This document shows, piece after piece, positions 27,461-34,471 of a stretch of DNA of 64,000 nt. Made by a program: the position numbers and the translations under genes. Every line of letters begins with the position of its first letter. Position 1 is the first letter of the stretch. The DNA is from a virus (lineage: Duplodnaviria; Caudoviricetes). The DNA is taken from positions 1 to 64,000 of the IMG/VR virus record IMGVR_UViG_3300033067_001757, one strand, 5' to 3'. The notes below the pieces were generated by a model that did not search any database, had not been told where the DNA came from, and saw nothing but the letters and a program-made list of their open reading frames with translations.

Positions 27461-27486
27461 TCCCGCTTTATGAGCGGGTTTTTTTG
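27461..27486 (+). terminator. intrinsic terminator after the transposase operon
   Basis: CCCGCT-TTATG-AGCGGG followed by a T run. Confidence 0.75.
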
Positions 27487-27531
27487 TTTCCTGCAGTGTA
27501 GATGTTGTGAATTTAGTTATATTTTAGATTC

Positions 27532-28020
27532 ATGAATACTAAACGAATAATTGCTATTAGAAAATTAGACAATGTTTTAAAAATTCTATCAGATTCAACC
27601 GAAGCCGAAATTCAAAATAATGTTCCGATTGCCATACTTGACGTTTTTGAAATTAGTGAATTTTATAAAAACGCTCATAAAACTGAATTGAAAAATCATG
27701 AATTTAATCTTATTATAGATAAGTTATTAAAGGATGACTATATATTCAAGGAACAAATTGATAAATCACAACCACCACGATTTGGTATTAACTATATTGG
27801 TTATATATTTAACTCTGAAGGTGGTTATGAACAAAAAATGATTAATGACGACGACGAAAATACGCGGATGGATAAGATAGAAGAGAATCAAAAATTCCAT
27901 AGGCGTGCCCTGACTTGGCTAACATCTCTCGTCGCTGTCGGGACGTTAATAGCTGCGATTTATTATTCAGTAGAACTCTTGAAATATTTTCATGTTTTAC
28001 CTGATCCTTTTCATTGCTGA
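27532..28020 (+). CDS. IS passenger, protein with a C-terminal TM helix
   Basis: 162 aa, possible winged-helix N-part, hydrophobic C-terminus. Confidence 0.65.
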   Translation: MNTKRIIAIRKLDNVLKILSDSTEAEIQNNVPIAILDVFEISEFYKNAHKTELKNHEFNLIIDKLLKDDYIFKEQIDKSQPPRFGINYIGYIFNSEGGYEQKMINDDDENTRMDKIEENQKFHRRALTWLTSLVAVGTLIAAIYYSVELLKYFHVLPDPFHC

Positions 28021-28343
28021 GTTCTATATCTCTTTTCTTAAATAAATTTATAAGCCATTTCATAGTATATTGATTTTTAAAAAGTTGCGAATTCTTGTCC
28101 TAAGCTGTATATAGTTGCCTTTACAATTGAGTGTAATATCTAATCTCTTAACTGTAAACTTCCCATTATTGAATCTTGTTTTATTAAATTCAAAATTCGG
28201 ATTACTGGTACACCTACTAACATGATATGCAAACTGTTGATGTTTATCATAATTTATTATCTCCAAACAATACTTACATCTCTTTTCCATTTATTGCTGC
28301 TTTATAATAAATATCAGCAATGAGTAAAAATGAAAATATTATG

Positions 28344-28415
28344 AGCGATAATGCAGTAACAATCTGCATACCCCGATTTGGAAGACCGGTATGTATTCAT
28401 CAACACCTTTATCGC
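28344..28415 (-). tRNA. tRNA-Gly(TCC)
   Basis: GCGATAA/TTATCGC, U73, CCGGT-CT TCC AA-ATCGG. Confidence 0.87.
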
Positions 28416-28516
28416 ATATACATTTGGCTAACTTTAAAATCTTATACTCAGCCAAAACTATCTTCCAACGTTACCCGGACCAGACGACCGACTGCCTGGA
28501 TCCGGGGTTTCGTTTG

Positions 28517-28593
28517 TGGTTGCGAAGATCGGGTACGATCCGATAGTCTCAGGGATATGAGCCCCGTGTGTTCTCCATTTACACCACCTCACA
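28517..28593 (-). tRNA. tRNA-Met(CAT), initiator-like
   Basis: CGGGG-CT CAT AT-CCCTG (three G-C pairs), T1-A72, encoded CCA. Confidence 0.85.
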
Positions 28594-29134
28594 ATTTTAT
28601 TAAACCATTATCAAACTCCCAATGACAATTAGGACATAATCCTATTAAATTATCTATATGATTGATTATAGAAATCAGTGTATAATCATCAAAATCAGAT
28701 ACAGCTTTAATGTGTGCTATTTCAAAATGCTTATCATACCCACATAAATAACAACATTTAGATTTATCACTGCGATAGTAAGTCGCTTCGGCATGACTAC
28801 GTATTGACGATCGAGCACTCTGCCAATTTTTCTGTGTTTCAAATATGTTACCTTTTGTTCTATATATTAAAAGATCGGCTCTCTCTTTTTTAGGTGGCTT
28901 TTCTTTTACTTTTATAACTCTCACTCTCTTTTTATTATTAAATATTGCTGCACAAGATCTTGAACAGAATTTTTTTACTTTGGTTTCGGCGGGTTTTCTA
29001 TTATCTGGAATCATAATCATTTCATTACAATTCAAACAATAATTAGGATTCGCATAATATTCATCTACCCTTTTCTTTCTAATAATCGGTGCCATTTTCT
29101 GACCACCCATTGCGTGTGCGTGTTTCGGTAACAT
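28589..29134 (-). CDS. HNH homing endonuclease
   Basis: FCSRSCA, CYLCG..EIAHIK..NHIDNLIGLCPNCHWEFD. Confidence 0.92.
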   Translation of the reverse strand: MLPKHAHAMGGQKMAPIIRKKRVDEYYANPNYCLNCNEMIMIPDNRKPAETKVKKFCSRSCAAIFNNKKRVRVIKVKEKPPKKERADLLIYRTKGNIFETQKNWQSARSSIRSHAEATYYRSDKSKCCYLCGYDKHFEIAHIKAVSDFDDYTLISIINHIDNLIGLCPNCHWEFDNGLIKL

Positions 29135-29244
29135 ATAGTTCTTCTATATAAATATCAGATACCTACAATTTCGAATACATTATCCGCAATTATTTTCAAA
29201 GAACTCTAAACTACCTCTCCAGTCCACCCCTGGAATATTTAAAG

Positions 29245-29320
29245 AGGGAAATCTCAGATTCGAACTGAGGATCTTTTGATTAACAGTCAAATGCATTGAG
29301 CCGGACTATGCTAACTTCCC
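29245..29320 (-). tRNA. tRNA-Asn(GTT)
   Basis: GGGAAGT/ATTTCCC, TTTGA-CT GTT AA-TCAAA, CTCAGTTCGAATCTGAG. Confidence 0.9.
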
Positions 29321-29321
29321 T

Positions 29322-29520
29322 TGCGGCTAAGCTTTTAATTACGAGTCTGGCTGTTAAGCCCTCTACGAAGGAGACCATCTACTGATGCTGCTCGACCCCT
29401 ATACGACAGATTTAAACAGGATTGTTAATCCTTTCGGACTGAAAACCGTTTCCCTTTTTAACTACACGCAGAAGAGTAACTGACCTATCTTTGATCACGA
29501 TTCGTGAACTGATAATAATT
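29322..29520 (-). ncRNA. unidentified ~200 nt non-coding spacer, candidate structured RNA
   Basis: No ORF in the track, higher GC than the flanking genes, AGTCC-GAAA-GGATT tetraloop hairpin, CGAG/CTCG stem. Confidence 0.35.
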
Positions 29521-29523
29521 GTG

Positions 29524-29594
29524 AACAGCAATCCGGATTTGAACCGAAACTAAGAAGTTAGAACCATCTTGTGCTTCCATTACACCATAGCTGC
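29524..29594 (-). tRNA. tRNA-Arg(TCT)
   Basis: D stem GTGT/GCAC fixes the register AGATG-GT TCT AA-CTTCT; A20 present. Confidence 0.8.
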
Positions 29595-29604
29595 TTATAC
29601 TTAG

Positions 29605-29676
29605 AAGGCCCTGGGAGAGTCGAACTCACCGTCTCGACGTTCGTAGCGCCGGATCCTTCCATTGAACGAAAGGCCC
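29605..29676 (-). tRNA. tRNA-Arg(ACG)
   Basis: GGGCCTT/AGGGCCT, CGGCG-CT ACG AA-CGTCG, A20. Confidence 0.9.
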
Positions 29677-29680
29677 TTGT

Positions 29681-29728
29681 TTAATCAAGAGTCCTTCGTC
29701 TTCGGTATATAAGCACTGTGTTGTTCAT
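29681..29728 (-). CDS. internal mini leader peptide MNNTVLIYRRRRTLD (Arg sensor)
   Basis: ATG..TAA fills the Val-Arg spacer; CGA AGA CGA AGG; stop 4 nt before tRNA-Arg. Confidence 0.72.
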   Translation of the reverse strand: MNNTVLIYRRRRTLD

Positions 29729-29741
29729 AATATTTTTGTTG

Positions 29742-29813
29742 TAGTCTCCAGGGATTCGAACCCTACCTCTAACTTTGTAAGAATTAGTTTCTGCCCGAGT
29801 GAATTATGAGACT
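29742..29813 (-). tRNA. tRNA-Val(TAC)
   Basis: AGTCTC/GAGACT, TAATT-CT TAC AA-AGTTA, AGGGTTCGAATCCCT; acceptor/T junction 1 nt short. Confidence 0.82.
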
Positions 29814-29821
29814 GTATTTCG

Positions 29822-29896
29822 TGACCCCGGTGAGGCTTGAACTCACAACCTTTCGGTTAAAAGCCGAAAGCTCTTATCCATTTGAGCTACAAGGTC
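29822..29896 (-). tRNA. tRNA-Lys(TTT)
   Basis: GACCTTG/CGGGGTC, TTCGG-CT TTT AA-CCGAA. Confidence 0.92.
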
Positions 29897-29897
29897 T

Positions 29898-29943
29898 AAA
29901 AAGAAAAAACCCGGTAAGCTCATTTTGGTTTGGCCTCCGGGTT
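29898..29943 (-). terminator. attenuator terminator C
   Basis: AACCCGGAGGC ... GCTTACCGGGTT then TTTTCTTTTT, directly before tRNA-Lys. Confidence 0.85.
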
Positions 29944-29965
29944 CGTATTAGTATCGTGTTATTAG

Positions 29966-30085
29966 TTACTTGCAATCATCTTCTTCACACAATATTTCAG
30001 AACCACAGAGGCGCTTAATGACATTATCATTGCCGCGTTCCGCTTCCATTGATCTTCCAACTATTATGTCTAAACTGTGTTGCAC
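29966..30085 (-). CDS. leader peptide C, (M)QHSLDIIVGRSMEAERGNDNVIKRLCGSEILCEEDDCK (Asp/Ile/Val/Gly/Arg/Met/Glu/Ala/Asn/Lys sensor)
   Basis: GTG..TAA, 39 aa, A-rich upstream; 19 of 20 consecutive codons from the ten amino acids of array C. Confidence 0.8.
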   Translation of the reverse strand: MQHSLDIIVGRSMEAERGNDNVIKRLCGSEILCEEDDCK

Positions 30086-30125
30086 TGAATTTGAATTGTA
30101 TTTGTTTGTTATTAATAAATATACG

Positions 30126-30157
30126 CAAAGCTACAAAAAGATTAGATAACTTCCAAA
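30126..30157 (-). promoter_or_regulatory. Bacteroidota sigma-A type promoter of tRNA array C
   Basis: TTTG-N20-TAGCTTTG, followed by an ATATTTAT motif. Confidence 0.75.
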
Positions 30158-30173
30158 TTTATTTTTAGAGACC

Positions 30174-30392
30174 TCATTTTTCACTTAAACATTTCAGTGC
30201 TGATTCTCTATGATGTTTAATTTCTTTAAATAACTGATTGATATGTTGATACGTTAGAATAACGCTTTGGTTACCTTGATCCAGAGATATACCATCATTA
30301 TAGTATTGTACATTGATTGGTGATTCCCAAACATCGTCTCCTGGATCACCCTGGTAGAATATGAAATTAGGTACTGTGGTTAGTGTTGTCAT
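30174..30392 (-). CDS. hypothetical protein
   Basis: 72 aa ORF, operon packing. Confidence 0.55.
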   Translation of the reverse strand: MTTLTTVPNFIFYQGDPGDDVWESPINVQYYNDGISLDQGNQSVILTYQHINQLFKEIKHHRESALKCLSEK

Positions 30393-30394
30393 GA

Positions 30395-31225
30395 TTATAT
30401 CTGTTTAACAAATTGAGGATACTCCAGCATCAGCTTCTGCAGGTACTCCGGATAATCTGAGATTGGATGAAATTTATAAGACACTCCAGGTCGGTTGAAA
30501 ACATCCTTACCTTTTTCCATGGCCTCTGTGATATTATGTTCGCTGGTGATATCAGGACGATTGAATTCTGTGTGTGCGAAGGATTGTATCTTGGCTTTAA
30601 TGGCTTCTACTGAGCCGCAGTAACTGAAATGCCATCCACCATTCTGAATACGATTGAAATGATTACGGTTGTCACGGAAGTATTGTGGTCCCTTTTCCTT
30701 GAATACTTTACCGGTAGTGATTACAGTACCGTTCCACAAAACGTCGTTACCTGTCTCACACCTGCAATTAAGGAAATAATAGTGAAACTGTTGAACTAAT
30801 GACAACGCTTCTACCTGAGATAGTGCTTGTAATATTTGCTCCTTCTGAGTAATAATGTCTGGTGATGGATATTCATCAAGGTCTGAGATTAGAGTGATTG
30901 CGTCATCGGGGATGATATCCTGTGCTAAGAGTAATCCCATGCGTTGCTGCTGCTCCAAGTACCATGATGAGTTTTCAGGGGAATATGTATCAACCTTATT
31001 GAATACGAGCGTATCATCTGTTTGATCTAACTGCAGATATACAATCTTATTCTTCCACTTGCTGAACCGTTCAATATTCTTTTCGAAGATATACTCTTTG
31101 TAGCCACCAGAATGTCGTCTATTCGATTCACAGACTATAAACAAGTCAACATATTCATCCAATAGTTTGAACCGCATCTCAGCCAAATCAACCTCTTGAA
31201 AAAAGCAAAATGTGTCTATCAGCAT
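30395..31225 (-). CDS. GT17 (MGAT3-like) N-acetylglucosaminyltransferase
   Basis: DTFCFFQEVDL, FIVCES, ISDLDE and GGWHFSY motifs. Confidence 0.88.
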   Translation of the reverse strand: MLIDTFCFFQEVDLAEMRFKLLDEYVDLFIVCESNRRHSGGYKEYIFEKNIERFSKWKNKIVYLQLDQTDDTLVFNKVDTYSPENSSWYLEQQQRMGLLLAQDIIPDDAITLISDLDEYPSPDIITQKEQILQALSQVEALSLVQQFHYYFLNCRCETGNDVLWNGTVITTGKVFKEKGPQYFRDNRNHFNRIQNGGWHFSYCGSVEAIKAKIQSFAHTEFNRPDITSEHNITEAMEKGKDVFNRPGVSYKFHPISDYPEYLQKLMLEYPQFVKQI

Positions 31226-31593
31226 ATCATAGTCGGTATTTGAGGTTTCTTAACTGCCATCTCCCATAGTTCGAAAGGATCCAATGAGTAGTGGTTTGAT
31301 ATCTGGTATATTGCCAGAGCGATATTGCTCTCCTTAGACAAACCATATATCCATTCGATACCTTCAACCAGACCACCATTGAATTTATCTTCCAGGTCCC
31401 ATTGTTCTCCATCTATGTATCCGGGGCCTAATGTCCACCAGAATGAAATATTATACATGTCCATTACTTCTTCTACCAGGTCGAATTCATCATGTACTTC
31501 TGCCAGACAACGGGTTACTCCTCCATAATGAATCGTCGAACTTTGTCTGATTGGTTTGATCTTACTGATCTCGGGTGTTGTGAATATTATCAT
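31219..31593 (-). CDS. hypothetical protein
   Basis: 124 aa ORF, operon packing. Confidence 0.6.
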   Translation of the reverse strand: MIIFTTPEISKIKPIRQSSTIHYGGVTRCLAEVHDEFDLVEEVMDMYNISFWWTLGPGYIDGEQWDLEDKFNGGLVEGIEWIYGLSKESNIALAIYQISNHYSLDPFELWEMAVKKPQIPTMIC

Positions 31594-31755
31594 TGTTGAA
31601 TATCGATTATAGTATTTATGTTAATCATTGTAGGTATCTCATTATGCATCTTCATCAAAGTATTATACCTATCGTCTCCTTCAATGAAATCCACTGTCCA
31701 TTCTGTCTTTATACCATTCTCATATATTGGAATTGAATATTCTTTCATACTTATA

Positions 31756-32010
31756 TTATTTCTGTTGTGGATTAAAGCCTTGTTCGATTGCTTTGATGAG
31801 CATTTTGTTGAGATCGATATTGTTCATGACTATTTGTTCTATGAGATTGAATACCGCTTCTTCTGAAGGATTGTATTCTAACATATCAATCATTACATGT
31901 ACAGTCGGATCAATGTTATATACTTCAGCCAGCTTCGGCATGAGTTCAAATAATTCTCTCCGACGATTACCACCACACTGCCTGGCTTTTAGGAATATGT
32001 AATTTGTCAT
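31756..32010 (-). CDS. hypothetical protein
   Basis: 84 aa, ATAAAGGTCATG start context. Confidence 0.6.
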   Translation of the reverse strand: MTNYIFLKARQCGGNRRRELFELMPKLAEVYNIDPTVHVMIDMLEYNPSEEAVFNLIEQIVMNNIDLNKMLIKAIEQGFNPQQK

Positions 32011-32019
32011 GACCTTTAT

Positions 32020-32289
32020 TTATTTGTTATCAAAATAGCTCTTGAATAGCTTCTTGTCTTCTTTGCTCAACCTTGCTTTGTATTCAGTAAAGACATCAAC
32101 CAGTGCATTCTCAGCCTGCTCAATAGCATCTTCATGATCGTTAGCGATACCATATTTCATTCCTTGAACCAGTAAGCACTTATAGAATAACTTCCACATC
32201 AGATCATCATATACTATCGTGATACTGCAGGATGAACCGTCCTGGAAACATGGTTCACCGTATGTGTGGTTGCGGAGTGTTGTGTACAT
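32020..32289 (-). CDS. hypothetical protein
   Basis: 89 aa ORF, operon packing. Confidence 0.55.
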   Translation of the reverse strand: MYTTLRNHTYGEPCFQDGSSCSITIVYDDLMWKLFYKCLLVQGMKYGIANDHEDAIEQAENALVDVFTEYKARLSKEDKKLFKSYFDNK

Positions 32290-32292
32290 CGG

Positions 32293-33012
32293 TTATCGAT
32301 CCAACCTCCGGTGCTCAAACAAACCTTCACCCATAGCGACATTGAAGTTTCCTTCCTTCCAGTATGTCTCAATTTTTCCTTCTAAATCTATGAGATTTCC
32401 TGAAAATTGTGACACATTGTCGAGATAGAAATCCCTGACATATAGCGTAGGATTATTCGTAAAATTGGCATACCTGGAATTCGCCGTATAGAATCCTGTA
32501 GCACTATCCTTCTGTATGTATTCAGGAAAATCTGTATCAGGGTGCTCTCTCCAATGTGCGCATTCCAAAATATGCATAAGAGAATCTTTCTCACGACCCA
32601 TGTAGGTCTTAGTATAAAGGGGTTCCCCTGGAAACCTTCGGCTGCGATATCTAACTGCGTCTGCTATACCGTAGTGTAGAAGATGTATACCGGCTGAAAT
32701 CCGTGACATCGTAATGTATGGATCATAGATATTTTGCCAGTCATTTTCCAACCCCATCCAATATTTATTCTTCGCCTGTTGACACAGTGTTGTCAACGCC
32801 TTACCAATGCCAATGTTACCACTGCTTGATATAACAGAAGTGATATTGTACTCACTGGCTATATTCAAATCTTCTTCAGTAACGTTCTGAAAGAATATAC
32901 TCACATCATCAGTAAGATCAAAAAGCTTTGAATCGACGTATGACTGAAGTGTATTTTTCAAAGTCAACGGGCTACCCATTGACAATATTCCAAAACTTAT
33001 AGGTAGTTGCAT
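32293..33012 (-). CDS. GT-A fold glycosyltransferase
   Basis: NIGIG, LENDW and FTNNP motifs. Confidence 0.7.
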   Translation of the reverse strand: MQLPISFGILSMGSPLTLKNTLQSYVDSKLFDLTDDVSIFFQNVTEEDLNIASEYNITSVISSSGNIGIGKALTTLCQQAKNKYWMGLENDWQNIYDPYITMSRISAGIHLLHYGIADAVRYRSRRFPGEPLYTKTYMGREKDSLMHILECAHWREHPDTDFPEYIQKDSATGFYTANSRYANFTNNPTLYVRDFYLDNVSQFSGNLIDLEGKIETYWKEGNFNVAMGEGLFEHRRLDR

Positions 33013-33014
33013 AT

Positions 33015-33623
33015 TTATATTTTTTGTTTTAACAATACATCCTTATCCAGTCTTACTACCTCATAATCATATTCTCTCACCAACAGATCAAACATCACAG
33101 CTTCGTCTTCCAAATGCCATCCAACTTCTGATAGTATCACCGGCCTGTGTATAGTACTGTCAAGGAACCTCATCATACCACGTAGTACCTGGCATTCGTG
33201 TCCTTCTACATCAATCTTAATGAAATCAATATGTTTAATCATACTATTCCAGCAATATGTTGACAGCGTTTGTGTCATGATCTCAGAATGTTCTACTGGT
33301 TCAATCTGGTTAAAACCCAGGTTACTTCCATTCATATTCACTTTACACCACCCGTTCACATCTGAGAGCGCTTTATTCTCCACAATCACATTTGAATTAT
33401 TACTGAATTTATCTTTACAGAAGTCAGAAAACTCCTTTACGGGCTCAAAGAGGTAGGCTTTTACGTTTGGCTTACTTCGTATCACATAATCAGTTATAAC
33501 ACCTGTATTGGCCCCGATATCGAATAGAACGCCGTTGTCTGGAATGTGTTCCAGGATCACATTGATATTTTCGATCAGTGATGGATATAAATTGTTTGAC
33601 CAGTCAATTAGGTGTTGGGACAT
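33015..33623 (-). CDS. FkbM family methyltransferase
   Basis: FDIGANTG, LFEP, IDFIKIDVEGHE. Confidence 0.92.
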   Translation of the reverse strand: MSQHLIDWSNNLYPSLIENINVILEHIPDNGVLFDIGANTGVITDYVIRSKPNVKAYLFEPVKEFSDFCKDKFSNNSNVIVENKALSDVNGWCKVNMNGSNLGFNQIEPVEHSEIMTQTLSTYCWNSMIKHIDFIKIDVEGHECQVLRGMMRFLDSTIHRPVILSEVGWHLEDEAVMFDLLVREYDYEVVRLDKDVLLKQKI

Positions 33624-33883
33624 TAAGTGGATTGTATGTATTCAATGATCTGATTAATCTTCTCGTTATACGCATCAAAACCACAGTCACATTTTGTAAG
33701 ATGATGATTGAGTGATGCTCCGGATTCCGGACAGCTATACCACGCGTCTTCGGGGCAGATGTAGTGCTCTGTTCTGATCAGGCTGTGGGCTGTGGATAGT
33801 ATGTTGTCTTTCCATTTCATTTGATCGATTTGTTTTATCATAGCATCAGATGTTGCTTTTGATATATATCCATTTAAGCTCAT
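33623..33883 (-). CDS. hypothetical protein
   Basis: 86 aa, Cys/His-rich. Confidence 0.6.
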   Translation of the reverse strand: MSLNGYISKATSDAMIKQIDQMKWKDNILSTAHSLIRTEHYICPEDAWYSCPESGASLNHHLTKCDCGFDAYNEKINQIIEYIQST

Positions 33884-34467
33884 ATATTTTCAATTTCGCT
33901 GACAGGTACTACGTTTAGCATTTCGTTTCGATGTTCAGTATAATATTTCCAGTCCAGTACCGGTGGAATCTGTCCGTTATTATAGAGTTGCTGGCTACCA
34001 CGTTTGATGATGCCACAACCCCAATCCGTATCGAGTACACACATGAATAGGTCTGGTCGAGTACAGCGGAGTTTGGCCCAGGCTTTCCACACAGTTCCTA
34101 CCCAAGCTCCCTGTGGAATATGTTCAGTTTGTTGATCTTCTGCTGTGGGTATACAATCGTGTACCATTATGATACCACCATCTGAAAGATGATTGAGACA
34201 ATTGATTACATCACGATATGCAAATGCTTCCAGGTGGTAACCATCCACAAAACAAAAATCGTACTTCTTATCAGTAGGTAATTGCGCAAAGAATTCATCT
34301 GATGTCATCGTGTAATCACACTTATTTCGCGGAGCGGGATCCACTGATGTTTTGTCATCGACTTGTATCTTATCGCAATTACAATAATAGTCTTGAACTC
34401 CTATTTCCAAATAGGATTTGAAACCGTATTTATTGATGATCTGATTGATCACATTCCATCGCATCAT
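33880..34467 (-). CDS. class I SAM methyltransferase (Methyltransf_24-like)
   Basis: YLEIGV, SVDP, FVDGYH, GGIIMVHD. Confidence 0.88.
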   Translation of the reverse strand: MMRWNVINQIINKYGFKSYLEIGVQDYYCNCDKIQVDDKTSVDPAPRNKCDYTMTSDEFFAQLPTDKKYDFCFVDGYHLEAFAYRDVINCLNHLSDGGIIMVHDCIPTAEDQQTEHIPQGAWVGTVWKAWAKLRCTRPDLFMCVLDTDWGCGIIKRGSQQLYNNGQIPPVLDWKYYTEHRNEMLNVVPVSEIENI

Positions 34468-34471
34468 TATT

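Larger units (their letters stand above)
23541..28119 (+). mobile_element. IS1595-family transposon with passenger genes (4579 bp)
   Basis: TIR GGCAACTATATAC at both ends (21/25 over the first 25 nt); exact 8-bp target duplication TTTACAAT at 23533-23540 and 28120-28127. Confidence 0.95.
23038..28290 (-). pseudogene. HNH homing endonuclease split by the IS1595 insertion (5' part 28120-28290, 3' part 23038-23540)
   Basis: Removing the IS and one copy of the duplication rejoins ...LDITLNCKGCNKEYSV... in frame; C-half has LQVDHVDGDSGNN..NVRLLCPNCH. Confidence 0.9.

Noticed and set aside
29524-29594. Possible amber suppressor tRNA (CTA) reading
   Set aside because: The D-stem register and stem pairing place the anticodon at TCT. 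TAG is used as a normal stop (for example thyA), so there is no sign of recoding.
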